From IMG/VR virus record IMGVR_UViG_3300007770_001284, positions 62,001-126,000 of that record: a stretch of DNA of 64,000 nucleotides. One strand, written 5' to 3'. The notes under the pieces are model-generated. The model did not search any database, was not told where the DNA came from, and worked only from the letters and a program-made list of their open reading frames with translations. Position 1 is the first letter of the stretch. Each line of letters begins with the position of its first letter. Positions 1 through 10,188 of this stretch are shown one piece after another. The position numbers and the translations under genes were made by a program.

Positions 1-2
1 TC

Positions 3-638
3 TTAATCGACGCATCGACGATCAGGCTGGCACAGACTATGTTAAGCACCACACTGGATGGAGATGGCGTTGCTGATTTTATTTATCCATACGGTCATGG
101 CCAGTATTCTTTAAGGGTATGGGCAAAGCACCAGCTTGAGACCTCAAGCGCCCCCGACGGCCACCGCGAAGCTGAAGAAGCAGCTTCAGCGGAGTTGGCA
201 TATGCAATCATTGAATTGATTGCAAAAGACAATATTGATTTGTTATATTATCAAAATACAATATTAGACGTAGTGAGTGTTCCCTGGTCATCGGCCTTTG
301 GTCACATATTTTTTGCGAAGACAGAAGCTTATTTGAGGGCGTACGGAGAGAATGAGAATTTTGTTTCGTGGGGTGCTGAAGATATAGAGAGGTTTACTAG
401 GTTTTCGAAGCTTGGGTTTAAAGTTATGAGATTTCCTTATCCTGTTGTACATCTCGAGCATCCTCGAGGTCTTGATTCTGGAAAGTCTAATCCGCATTTT
501 CAATCGAATGAAGACTTGTGGGTTTCGCTACAAGACAAAGATGTTGATTGGATCAAGAATTATTATGAAAATTGTGAATATTACAAAGCTCGAAAATGGA
601 AGAGCCTGGACATGGGTGAATTATTTAAATGGCAATAG
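3..638 (+). CDS. Galactosyltransferase-like protein (Glyco_transf_7C), 5'-truncated by the window edge
   Basis: The frame is open from position 3. It has the GT7C signature GENENFVSWGAEDIERF...HLEHPRG and is a paralog of 1459-2424. Confidence 0.75.
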   Translation, partial: LIDASTIRLAQTMLSTTLDGDGVADFIYPYGHGQYSLRVWAKHQLETSSAPDGHREAEEAASAELAYAIIELIAKDNIDLLYYQNTILDVVSVPWSSAFGHIFFAKTEAYLRAYGENENFVSWGAEDIERFTRFSKLGFKVMRFPYPVVHLEHPRGLDSGKSNPHFQSNEDLWVSLQDKDVDWIKNYYENCEYYKARKWKSLDMGELFKWQ

Positions 639-649
639 GTGAAAATTAG

Positions 650-1450
650 ATGTTTTTTTATTCTGAATTAGGAAAAAATGGAAGGATTGGAAATCAAATG
701 TTCCAATATGCCACGCTTTTTGCGTTGGGCAAAAATAGACAAATTGACATTGGTATACCTGCCGCTGCAGTTGAGGTGTTTAAGAATACTACAAAGCCGC
801 TTAGTATTGTTGAGGCCTTCCCCAATTTGTCCGCGAAAAAAATAGACGACATTGAGGCTAAAGGGCAATATCAAGAAGAGAGCTTTTTATTTTCACCAAA
901 CCTGTTTTTGTTAATGGACAATTGTGATATTCATGGTTACTTCCAGTCTCCCCTTTACTTCTCTAAATTCCAGGAGGAGTTGAGAGAAGAGTTTCAATTT
1001 AGCAGAGATATAGATTCTGTTGCTCAAGGAAAAATAGATGATATTCGATCTTCTGATTCTCTTGTATGTGCCGTACATTTCAGGCGCTCCGATTATCTAG
1101 AGTTCCCAAATTTTCACACTAATCTAGAAGCAGAATACTACAACACGGCAATCTCGATTATGCTAAATAAATTTCCTGACATTAAATTTGTAGCGTTTTC
1201 AGATGATGCTGAGTGGCTTCAAGAGACTTTGCCCCCAGAGATTTTGGCTTCCCCAGGTGAAAACCAATTCGAAGATATGTGTATGATGACTAAATGTGAC
1301 GCTCACGTAATCGCTAATTCTTCGTTTAGCTGGTGGGGGGCTTGGTTATCAACAAGTACTAATCTTGTTATCGCGCCCCAGCGCTGGTTTGGTCCTGAGG
1401 GGCCGAAAGACTGGAGTACAATTTACCCACCGGGATGGGGCTTGCTGTAG
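650..1450 (+). CDS. Alpha-1,2-fucosyltransferase (GT11)
   Basis: GT11 motifs GRIGNQMFQYA, GYFQS, HFRRSDY, FSDD and IANSSFSWWGAWL. Confidence 0.9.
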   Translation: MFFYSELGKNGRIGNQMFQYATLFALGKNRQIDIGIPAAAVEVFKNTTKPLSIVEAFPNLSAKKIDDIEAKGQYQEESFLFSPNLFLLMDNCDIHGYFQSPLYFSKFQEELREEFQFSRDIDSVAQGKIDDIRSSDSLVCAVHFRRSDYLEFPNFHTNLEAEYYNTAISIMLNKFPDIKFVAFSDDAEWLQETLPPEILASPGENQFEDMCMMTKCDAHVIANSSFSWWGAWLSTSTNLVIAPQRWFGPEGPKDWSTIYPPGWGLL

Positions 1451-1458
1451 GAGAAATA

Positions 1459-2424
1459 ATGTCTTGGTTTCCAGATGATATGAAAAATGCTGAGTGGGGT
1501 AACGTAGAGCTCGATACAGAGAGTACGTTATACAAATTGCTGTACCGTCCTGATGAGAAAAAACTCGACTTGAGCGATCACACATTTATTATTCCATATG
1601 CAACAGATTCTTATGTAAGATTATGGAATCTTGTAACCAGCGTTTTATACCTGCGAATTCATACATCTGCCAATATACTGATTTTCGCAGCAGAAGACCC
1701 AACTCTCAATATAGAACAAAATTTAGTTGCTGGGTTACAAGGCTTGTACACACCGAATATTACAAATGAATTTCTCCAAAAATTTATTGAAAGAGTAAAA
1801 ATAATAAGTGCTACTCGTTCGACTGATCAACCGTTCCATCGTACACGCTATTTGAATGAAATGTTGGCAGTCGTAGATACACCGTATGTCGTAAATTTCG
1901 ATGCAGACATATTGCTTCCATTGGGAACAATGGCAGTTTCTGCATTGGCACTTAGAGATGAAAATGCTGACTTTGTTTATCCGTATGGTCATGGTAAGAA
2001 CCAGCTTCGTCTTTTTATTGAAGATGACATGTCATCTGATAGAAAGATTGTAGACGCTATTATCCATTCTGATTTTGGTGGTATATTAAACGACCGCGGT
2101 CTTAGGTGGGGCGCAGCCTACGGCCAGGCGATATTTGCGAATACAGAGAAGTACAAACAAGCTGGCGGAGAAAATGAGGAATTTATTTCGTGGGGTGCCG
2201 AAGATGTTGAACGGTTTGTAAGGTTTATGAAGCTAGAGTATAATGTTTTAAGGCTACCATCTATCGTTTATCACTTAGAGCACCCACGAGGTCCTGATTC
2301 TGGTGTGACAAATCCAGCATTTCGACACAATGAACAGCTGTGGGAAACGCTTCAAAAAATGAGCAAAGACGAATTGATTGAATATTACAGCAAGTGTGGC
2401 TACCTAAAGAATCGCGGTTGGTAA
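1459..2424 (+). CDS. Galactosyltransferase-like glycosyltransferase (GT-A, GT7C C-terminus)
   Basis: DAD motif (VNFDADILL) and GGENEEFISWGAEDVER. Start moved to ATG 1459 after an AGGAG SD. Confidence 0.8.
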   Translation: MSWFPDDMKNAEWGNVELDTESTLYKLLYRPDEKKLDLSDHTFIIPYATDSYVRLWNLVTSVLYLRIHTSANILIFAAEDPTLNIEQNLVAGLQGLYTPNITNEFLQKFIERVKIISATRSTDQPFHRTRYLNEMLAVVDTPYVVNFDADILLPLGTMAVSALALRDENADFVYPYGHGKNQLRLFIEDDMSSDRKIVDAIIHSDFGGILNDRGLRWGAAYGQAIFANTEKYKQAGGENEEFISWGAEDVERFVRFMKLEYNVLRLPSIVYHLEHPRGPDSGVTNPAFRHNEQLWETLQKMSKDELIEYYSKCGYLKNRGW

Positions 2425-2428
2425 TAAA

Positions 2429-3826
2429 ATGAGTTTTGCTGATTATTTCAAGGAAGTGTTTTATAAAAGGTTGTTTCAACCCCAATTGCCAGCAACGAGA
2501 CCTCGCAATAGAGCAGATTCTTTGTTAAAGGTATTCGAAATTCTGGACGAAAGAAGTAAGAATGGCCAAGATTTTTTTCGCATTGTAGAAACGGGTACTG
2601 CTAGAGCAGACCATGGCCATTTGTGCTTTGGCGGTGACGGATGCTGTACTTACATTTTTGATAAGTTTGTGAATCATTATGATGGTGAAGTATTATCCGT
2701 TGATATCAATGAAAAAAATTGTCGGTATTCCACCTCTATTACTTCACAGAAAACAGTATTATACCATCAAGACTCCGTGGAGATGCTTTGGTCAATGCCA
2801 GAAGCCGACAAGGTGGACCTTCTTTATTTGGACACCATTGATTTTGATCCTGAAAATCCGTATCCTTCTATGTCTCAATGTATGAAAGAGCTTTGTGCTG
2901 CTATGAAAAATTTAAGACCTGAGTCCATAGTCATTATCGATTCTCATGATCCGCTCTTTACGGGAGGAAAGATGTGCAAGAGCTTGTACGTCAAGAACTT
3001 TATGAGTGATATAAAAGCAGATCTACTTTTTGAAGATTATCAAATTGGGTGGATTTTCGAAAGTGACGACACCAATATAGACGAAAAAGATACCAGTACG
3101 AATAAAAACGTCGATATGTCTGTAATGACTGAGACTCGTCATGCCGCGGCTCAAGAATACGAATGGGCTGCGACAGTTGACTGGGTAGGACATGCTCTTC
3201 CTACTTTGAATCATTGGGTCGAGGAGAGGAATGATACAGAATATTGGTGCGGTGAATCGGGTGAAATGGCCAACCTAAATCAATTTTTTCTTAATGATGA
3301 AGATGTTTGGTTAAAATTTGCAAAAGAAATTCAGGATAAGACTTTGTTGGAAATTGGGGGGTCTTGTTTTGGAACAGTGGCTAGATGGAGCTTTATAAAG
3401 ACTCGTATACATATTGAGCCGTTGTTACCGAAGATTAATCCTTTCCTTGAGAAAGCGCTCCAAGGCCGCGACTCCTGGTACAAGGATGTAATCGAGTATC
3501 CAGTTTGTGCCGAAGAATTTATATCTGAGCTCGAAGATAGAATTGATGGGTGCATTTATACTAGAAATTGTCTTGATCACACCAAGAATCCCTGGGCAAT
3601 TTTAGACAATATTGGTCGGTATGCTAAAAAGGGTTGTTATTTGTTATTGTGGACTGAAATAGCACACCTCGATGGTGGGGATGTTGGTCATATAGACATA
3701 ACTCATAATCCTGAAGATTTAGAGAGCTATATCAAGAATTTGGGCTTTGAAATTATAAGACCAGTCGTTGTTGGGAATTTAGAGCATACACTAGAATATG
3801 GTTGTTTTGCCATAAAGAATGAGTAA
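2429..3826 (+). CDS. Two-domain class I SAM-dependent methyltransferase fusion
   Basis: N-domain IVETGT...SVDI...DLLYLD...IIDS; acidic linker; C-domain LLEIGGS...IEPL...NCLDH...P. Confidence 0.7.
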   Translation: MSFADYFKEVFYKRLFQPQLPATRPRNRADSLLKVFEILDERSKNGQDFFRIVETGTARADHGHLCFGGDGCCTYIFDKFVNHYDGEVLSVDINEKNCRYSTSITSQKTVLYHQDSVEMLWSMPEADKVDLLYLDTIDFDPENPYPSMSQCMKELCAAMKNLRPESIVIIDSHDPLFTGGKMCKSLYVKNFMSDIKADLLFEDYQIGWIFESDDTNIDEKDTSTNKNVDMSVMTETRHAAAQEYEWAATVDWVGHALPTLNHWVEERNDTEYWCGESGEMANLNQFFLNDEDVWLKFAKEIQDKTLLEIGGSCFGTVARWSFIKTRIHIEPLLPKINPFLEKALQGRDSWYKDVIEYPVCAEEFISELEDRIDGCIYTRNCLDHTKNPWAILDNIGRYAKKGCYLLLWTEIAHLDGGDVGHIDITHNPEDLESYIKNLGFEIIRPVVVGNLEHTLEYGCFAIKNE

Positions 3827-4604
3827 TATGGAATTTGAAACGATATATTGCAATTACGCTGATGAAAATTATGAGCATCATCAAAGAAACATGGTGAACC
3901 ATGTGATTGAAAACGGTATATTCGATTACGTTTGTGACTACACAAGGGAATGGCTTGTGACGACAGAATTTTATAAAGAAAATAAGTCCATTTTAGATAG
4001 AGAGCGCTTAGCTGGGTATATGCTATGGAAACCGTTTATTATTTTAGACGTTTTAGAGAAAGCAAAAGAAAACCAGATTGTTGTTTATATGGACGTGGGT
4101 GATGTGCCCAACAAGGGTATTTCGGATTATGTAAAAAAATGGATGAAAAATAACGATTTATTAATTACGTTGGGCGGAAACAAAAATCGTCAAATGACGA
4201 AAAGAGACACCTTTATTTTAATGGATTGTGAAGAAGAAAAATATTATAACGCTATTCAAGTCGAGGCGGGTTTCTTTGCAGCAAAGAAAACTACAAGTAA
4301 TATTGCTTTTATTCGGGAGTGGCTAGAATATTGTAAGGATGAGAGAATACTAACAGATATTCCAAACCAGCTCGGCGTCTCTAATTTTGATGAGTTTATA
4401 GATCATCGTCATGATCAAAGTATTTTGTCACTTTTACAAGTAAAATATAATATCCAAACATCTTCTAAGCATAGAGGATACGTGGGGTTTAACGTTAATA
4501 TGCACAAAAAGGGTCACAAGTACGCAAATGGCGGGTCTAGTATTGGGACATCTGGGATATTTTCCCATTGGAATAATCGTGGGGAGTGGAGAGCAGAAGA
4601 ATGA
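3819..4604 (+). CDS. Putative glycosyltransferase (WKP...YMD...HRHDQS family)
   Basis: GYMLWKPFII, VYMDVGD and DHRHDQSILSLL, in a glycan cluster. Confidence 0.55.
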   Translation: MSNMEFETIYCNYADENYEHHQRNMVNHVIENGIFDYVCDYTREWLVTTEFYKENKSILDRERLAGYMLWKPFIILDVLEKAKENQIVVYMDVGDVPNKGISDYVKKWMKNNDLLITLGGNKNRQMTKRDTFILMDCEEEKYYNAIQVEAGFFAAKKTTSNIAFIREWLEYCKDERILTDIPNQLGVSNFDEFIDHRHDQSILSLLQVKYNIQTSSKHRGYVGFNVNMHKKGHKYANGGSSIGTSGIFSHWNNRGEWRAEE

Positions 4605-4927
4605 GTAGTGATAAAAAGACATATGTGTTTGATTTGGATAATACGCTATGCGACACGAAGCGAAACGCTGATGATACAGCGTGGGGGTATTTAGACTCTA
4701 AGCCACATCTCGACAGAATAGAGAGAGTAAATGAGCTGTTTCAACAAGGTCACACAATCATTATAGAGACAGCTCGTGGCTCGTTTTCCAAGGTTAATTG
4801 GTATATCCAGACCCATGAGCAATTAACGTCGTGGGGCCTGAAATTCCATCAGTTAAGAACGGGCGTAAAATTTGCTGCCGACTATTTTATTGATGACAAG
4901 GCAATAAATTCAGAGGAGTTTTTTTAG
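4601..4927 (+). CDS. Small HAD-family capsule-type phosphatase (EcbF-like)
   Basis: FDLDNT, TARG and K..ADYFIDDKA; ATGA overlap with the upstream gene at 4601. Confidence 0.75.
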   Translation: MSSDKKTYVFDLDNTLCDTKRNADDTAWGYLDSKPHLDRIERVNELFQQGHTIIIETARGSFSKVNWYIQTHEQLTSWGLKFHQLRTGVKFAADYFIDDKAINSEEFF

Positions 4928-6264
4928 TGGCCGCCGAGATAGCAGCTTCGAATAGGCACATACCACTTTTCAAAAAGACCTATTATGGTTTAGTTCCTTT
5001 TGAGAGACGATACGGAAGCGCTTTCGATAAGACTTACAAGTTCTTATGCGAGTCTGAGTCATGGACTTTGCAGAGACTTCTAGATTATCAACACGTCCAA
5101 TTTAAGCTACTCATTTCTCATGTGTATAAGAACGTTCCATATTATAGGCGTTTAATGAATGAAAGGGGTCTTACTATTGATTCGTTTCGAACCATCGAAG
5201 ACCTTCATTTGCTGCCGTATCTTACTAAAGAAATTATTAGAGACAATATTCAAGATCTAATCGCAACAAACATGAATGATCGCCCGGTCGAGTTTAGAAC
5301 AAGCGGCTCAACAGGAAAGAAGTTAGTATTCTATGGCACTGACGATCTTTATAAAAAAGAAGCCGCGTTTATTTTAAGGGCTTTTCGCTCCCACGGTGCG
5401 ACGATGTACGATAAGCCCAGTGTGTGGATACGAAGGTACGTTCCTAAGAACAATAACTCTCCGCTTTGGTATTACGATCATGAGCTCAGGCGCCTATACA
5501 TGTCTGCTTACAATATCAATTCTGATACCATCAAGGATTATGTCACAGAGATTAATCGAAAGAAATATCACACTTTAGTTGGCTACCCGTCAAGCATCTA
5601 TATTTTTGCATGTATGTGCGAAGAATCAGGCTTATATCCGGCCGGTATAGAGGCAATCCATGTAGCATCAGAAAAAATGCTGGATAAATGGAAAGACAAA
5701 ATCGAAGAAGTTTTTGGGATAATTCCAAAGGCTCATTATGGTATGCAGGAAAAAGTTGTATTGCACCATCAGACGTCGCATTCGACTGCTTATATCGAAA
5801 ATTTTGAGTATGGCATTACTGAATTTGATAATACCGAAGGTCAAAATGTTATTGTAGGTACAGGATTTTTAAATTACTATATGCCTTTTATTCGATATCG
5901 CACAAGTGATGTGGGGATACTGAACCCGGATGGGGCCCCCTATCGTATGTTAGATATCGATGGAAGATGTGACGATATTCTTGTTTCAAAAAATGGTGCC
6001 CGCCTTCCTGGTGTTAATTTTTATACGATGATGTACAAGATTGACGGTGTAAAAATGTTCCAGATTATTCAGAAGACCAGGGAAACAATCGAATTTCTTT
6101 TAGTGCCCAATGAACACTACACAGAGGAAACGATATTAGAAATAACAACAGGCTTAAAACAGAGATTAGGAAATTTAGATATTAGTGTTCAAGTAGTCGA
6201 GAAAATCAAAAGAAGCCACGATACTGGCAAAATCAGGTGCATATTCAATGAGTGTGAAAGCTAA
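4927..6264 (+). CDS. CapK / phenylacetate-CoA ligase-like adenylate-forming enzyme
   Basis: VPYYR, LPYLTKE, TSGSTG P-loop, YPS, MPFIRYRTSD, GRCDD and GKIR. Confidence 0.85.
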   Translation: MAAEIAASNRHIPLFKKTYYGLVPFERRYGSAFDKTYKFLCESESWTLQRLLDYQHVQFKLLISHVYKNVPYYRRLMNERGLTIDSFRTIEDLHLLPYLTKEIIRDNIQDLIATNMNDRPVEFRTSGSTGKKLVFYGTDDLYKKEAAFILRAFRSHGATMYDKPSVWIRRYVPKNNNSPLWYYDHELRRLYMSAYNINSDTIKDYVTEINRKKYHTLVGYPSSIYIFACMCEESGLYPAGIEAIHVASEKMLDKWKDKIEEVFGIIPKAHYGMQEKVVLHHQTSHSTAYIENFEYGITEFDNTEGQNVIVGTGFLNYYMPFIRYRTSDVGILNPDGAPYRMLDIDGRCDDILVSKNGARLPGVNFYTMMYKIDGVKMFQIIQKTRETIEFLLVPNEHYTEETILEITTGLKQRLGNLDISVQVVEKIKRSHDTGKIRCIFNECES

Positions 6265-7306
6265 AAAGCGGGTGATGTCTTTAGAGCCCTACAACGTCGG
6301 AAAACGATTTGAATTACCCGTTGGGTGGGAATGCTTTGATTGGAATGAATCTGCATTTCCTCCAACTCCTCATGTTCGTAATGCTATTGAAGAGTTCATG
6401 AAAAGTGGCAAGATGGAAAAATATCCGGATATTTCAAATAAGCGTTTAAAGGAAGAACTTTCTCTTTATGTGAATTTACCCACAAGTCATATTGAGGCCT
6501 ATAATGGGTCTGACGCTGCACTAAGGGATATTTTTGCGGTTTTCGTAGATGAAGAAACACGGGTCCTATCCTATCAACCCTCATACACTCAGGTGGATAC
6601 CTTTATTGTTCTCAATACAGAGCATTATACGCAGGTACAAATCGAAGACCCTTTAGGCAATCATGTTTATGACTTTAGTCACTGTGCAAATTACGACGTG
6701 GTGTATCTTGTAACTCCCAACAATCCCACTGGAAAGACGATTTCACTTTCCGTGATTACTTCATTAGTGGAAAAATATAGAGAGACTTTGTTTGTAGTAG
6801 ACGAAGCGTATTACGAATATTCAGGTATTTCATGTTCAGACTTGGTTTTAGAGCATGAAAATCTTTTAGTAATAAGAACGTTTTCTAAGGCATTCGGCTT
6901 AGCAGCCCTTAGGTTAGGGTATGTGCTTGGACATCCTTCTTCTTTGTTCTTGTTAAGAAAAATTAAAAATGGGAAGAGCGTTAATGCACTTTCTCAAGTG
7001 GCTGGTATAGCTTGTTTGGAGGACTTATCATATCTCCATGCTCGTGTTAGTGAAATAAAGGAATCAAAAAGAGCGTTCATCGAAGGAGTAAACAGGTTTC
7101 CAGGTTTTTATGCCTTAGAAAGTGAAGCGAATTTTGTTTTACTTCGAGTACCAGATGTTTCTTCTTTTATTGACACCATGACACAAAACAAGATTGTAGT
7201 TCGTGATCGCAGCTATATAACAAATTTAGAAAATTGTGTTAGAATCACTATTGGATCATTGGTTCATGTGGATAACATTTTGAATATAATAGAGCGGAGC
7301 ACATAG
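6248..7306 (+). CDS. PLP-dependent class I/II enzyme, HisC/CobD family
   Basis: NGSD, PNNPTG, VDEAYYEY and RTFSKAFGLAALRLGY (PLP lysine). Confidence 0.85.
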   Translation: MSVKAKKRVMSLEPYNVGKRFELPVGWECFDWNESAFPPTPHVRNAIEEFMKSGKMEKYPDISNKRLKEELSLYVNLPTSHIEAYNGSDAALRDIFAVFVDEETRVLSYQPSYTQVDTFIVLNTEHYTQVQIEDPLGNHVYDFSHCANYDVVYLVTPNNPTGKTISLSVITSLVEKYRETLFVVDEAYYEYSGISCSDLVLEHENLLVIRTFSKAFGLAALRLGYVLGHPSSLFLLRKIKNGKSVNALSQVAGIACLEDLSYLHARVSEIKESKRAFIEGVNRFPGFYALESEANFVLLRVPDVSSFIDTMTQNKIVVRDRSYITNLENCVRITIGSLVHVDNILNIIERST

Positions 7307-8535
7307 TGGATATTTCTTTTATAGGTCTTGGGAAGCTAGGGCTACCCTTGGCATGCTGTCTTGCCAAGTCAAAAAACAGAGTGCTGTGTGTTGATAAAAA
7401 TGAACATGTATTAGACAAATTAAATCGTAAGACGCTTCCTTTTTTTGAGCCTGGATTAGAAGAGCTTTTGCTTGAGGTGAGTCCAAATATAATAGGCTTT
7501 ACTGATTCATATTTTCGAGCAATCAATGAGACAAATGCGACAATAATTTTAGTGAACACACAATTGGGCGATGATGGATATGCATCTGACTTTGTGGAGT
7601 CCGCACTTTCCGATATTGCTTTAAATCTTCGAATGAGCGATAAGCCGTATCATACAATCGTACTGTCTTCTACAATATTACCCAGTACAATCAAGACAAA
7701 GCTAATTCCTCTAGTAGAGAAAATTTCTAAAAGAAAGTATAAAGAAGGTTTCGGTTTCTCATACGTTCCAGATTTTGTGCGGTTAGGCGCTGTTATTCAA
7801 GATTTTAGAAATCCAGAATTTTTCTTGATAGGTGCGAATTGTGATTATGATTATAACGTAACAAAAGAGATTTTTGAAGGCTTACATGAAAATGATCCTC
7901 CAAACTACAAGTTGACACTTGAAGAAGCAGAGATTGCGAAAGTGGGATTAAACGCTTTTATTGTTAGCAAAATTACATTTGCAAATTTTCTTGGCCGGTT
8001 ATGCGATGATTTAGAAAATGTTGATATTCATAATATTACCGAAGCAATTGGAAATGATCGTAGAATTTCTCCGTTTTTCTTTCGATCGGGAGCGCCATAT
8101 GGCGGAACATGCTTCCCACGTGATACATGGGCCTTTATAAGATTTGCCCAAGACCGTGGTTATCAAGCGAAAAATTTAATATTTGCCGATGAAGTTAATG
8201 AAATGGTTTACCAAGACATCTTGAAGAAAGCATCGAGATTTGAGCGCATAGGAATTTTGGGATTGTCGTTTAAACCAAATTCACCAGTTACGATTGGGTC
8301 ACCGTCCGTTCGATTGATAAAGGACCTCAAAAAACTTGGGAAGCAAGTTTATACATTCGACCCACTTTTGGAAACATACGAAAATTTAGATGATGAAGTG
8401 ACAGCATGCAAAAGCCCACAGGCATGTGTCGATTGTTCTGACGTAGCAGTTGTAATGCACTATGATTTGAGATATAATGGATTATCATTTTTTGATACCA
8501 AAATTATCGACGTTTGGGGTATTGGTAATGAGTGA
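7306..8535 (+). CDS. NDP-sugar 6-dehydrogenase (UDP-glucose/GDP-mannose dehydrogenase family)
   Basis: GLGKLG Rossmann motif, catalytic K (AKVGLN), YGGTCFPRD and GLSFKP. Confidence 0.9.
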   Translation: MDISFIGLGKLGLPLACCLAKSKNRVLCVDKNEHVLDKLNRKTLPFFEPGLEELLLEVSPNIIGFTDSYFRAINETNATIILVNTQLGDDGYASDFVESALSDIALNLRMSDKPYHTIVLSSTILPSTIKTKLIPLVEKISKRKYKEGFGFSYVPDFVRLGAVIQDFRNPEFFLIGANCDYDYNVTKEIFEGLHENDPPNYKLTLEEAEIAKVGLNAFIVSKITFANFLGRLCDDLENVDIHNITEAIGNDRRISPFFFRSGAPYGGTCFPRDTWAFIRFAQDRGYQAKNLIFADEVNEMVYQDILKKASRFERIGILGLSFKPNSPVTIGSPSVRLIKDLKKLGKQVYTFDPLLETYENLDDEVTACKSPQACVDCSDVAVVMHYDLRYNGLSFFDTKIIDVWGIGNE

Positions 8536-8544
8536 GGATGAATC

Positions 8545-9396
8545 GTGCACAGTATTATATTGACCATCCATAATGGCGCGAGACGTATGGCTGATGGCGA
8601 AATATTACTGGAAAGAGTGCTAGATGGTCTCATCAATAATTCGGTGGGCGATTATGAATTATTATGTATGCTGGATGGATGTACCGACGGTTCAGAATTA
8701 ATTGTTGAAAAATATATTGATTCGAGTAAGCACTTAGACATTCGTGCAATTATCACACCAGACATATATGAGCTTCGAACAAATAACGTTGGATTTAAAG
8801 CGTCGAAAGGTGAGTATGTCATAGTCGTTCAGGATGATCAAATTGTGACAGAGCCCGGATGGAACCGGCGGATGCAAGAACCATTTGACGTATTTGATGA
8901 TGTCTTCGCAGTAACTGCCAGAACAGCGCACAATTGGATTTTGAATCCTAATAGCAAACATTTTGGAACAGATACGATTTTAGACAATTGTTGGTGTGAT
9001 ATTTTTCTAGCGACAGATCATGCTTATGGGTATCCTATACAGATGACAAATTATAAAAGAGATGAATTTGCTGTGAGAGGGACAGTTAACCGAGGACCCT
9101 TGATGATCAATCATAAAGATTTAAGAAGTATGAATTATCTCGATGATGAGTTCGCTCCTTGTGATATGGACGATCATGACTTAATGTTTAGAGCGTACAA
9201 ACAACTTGGGAAAATTTGCGGCGGTTATCGAATTGGTGTTGAGTCAAAACCAGCCTGGAGTGGGTCGACAGTCAGCGGATCTGTACCGCCATGGGCGCTA
9301 CGATCTCATCACAAAAATTGTAGAATTTTTTATAGTAGAAACAAAGATGTCCTGACTGAACGTCGTATTGTGGAAAATCGTAGAATTACTCATTAA
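8545..9396 (+). CDS. Glycosyltransferase family 2
   Basis: ILTIHN, DGCTDGS, NVGF..SKGEYVIVVQDD and DDHDL. Confidence 0.8.
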   Translation: MHSIILTIHNGARRMADGEILLERVLDGLINNSVGDYELLCMLDGCTDGSELIVEKYIDSSKHLDIRAIITPDIYELRTNNVGFKASKGEYVIVVQDDQIVTEPGWNRRMQEPFDVFDDVFAVTARTAHNWILNPNSKHFGTDTILDNCWCDIFLATDHAYGYPIQMTNYKRDEFAVRGTVNRGPLMINHKDLRSMNYLDDEFAPCDMDDHDLMFRAYKQLGKICGGYRIGVESKPAWSGSTVSGSVPPWALRSHHKNCRIFYSRNKDVLTERRIVENRRITH

Positions 9397-9420
9397 AAAT
9401 GGAGCAAGGATTTATAGACC

Positions 9421-10158
9421 ATGATTGATCTAACCAGAGGATTTGTCTTTATTCACATTGGTAATTGTGCAGGGACAAGTATAGAATACTCCTTACGTGC
9501 TCCATCGACCGAGCTGGTCCCCTGGGATAACAAAGGCGCTACACAGCACCTTACATATTCTGAAATTAAACGCTGGTATTTGGTTCGAGCCTCCCGACCT
9601 GGCCCAATTGGTAAGCATTTGGTACCAGATATATACGCTAAATTCGATAGCTTGTTTAAGTTTACAGTCATAAGAAACCCATGGGATAGAATGGTTGCGA
9701 AATATAGACATGAAGCAAGGCCTTGGAACCAGTGGCTCGAGATTTGCAAAAGCGGTGTGAAAGCAGGGCCCTCATTTAAAGAATTTCTTTTGGGGAGCAA
9801 AGATTGGAATGTTCATGATTTAAACGACCCATTGTTCGACCACCGCCACTGGGCACCATTCCTTAATTGGTTTGGGAAAGATGACCTAAATTTTTATATA
9901 GGGTTTGATAATCTGGACGAAGATTATCAAAAAGTGTGTGGAATACTGGGTATACAAGATGCTCCCTTAAAAGATTTATTTCCAGATATAGGCGGACCAA
10001 TTAGGGCTCCAAATAGGAAATTAGACGAAAGAGGTAATGCACGACGACATTACAGCTATTATTATGATCAAGAGTCAATAGATTTTATTGCAAAAAGATT
10101 TAAAGAAGACATTGATTTTTTTGGGTTTGAATTTGAAGACAAACGACATGCTAAATAA
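9421..10158 (+). CDS. Sulfotransferase family 2-like protein (altered PAPS-binding motif)
   Basis: FVFIHIGNCAGTS, FKFTVIRNPWDR and C-terminal Y..YYD...F..DI..FGFEF. Confidence 0.75.
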   Translation: MIDLTRGFVFIHIGNCAGTSIEYSLRAPSTELVPWDNKGATQHLTYSEIKRWYLVRASRPGPIGKHLVPDIYAKFDSLFKFTVIRNPWDRMVAKYRHEARPWNQWLEICKSGVKAGPSFKEFLLGSKDWNVHDLNDPLFDHRHWAPFLNWFGKDDLNFYIGFDNLDEDYQKVCGILGIQDAPLKDLFPDIGGPIRAPNRKLDERGNARRHYSYYYDQESIDFIAKRFKEDIDFFGFEFEDKRHAK

Positions 10159-10188
10159 TCATTGGATTGTTGAGAATAGGAGAATAAA

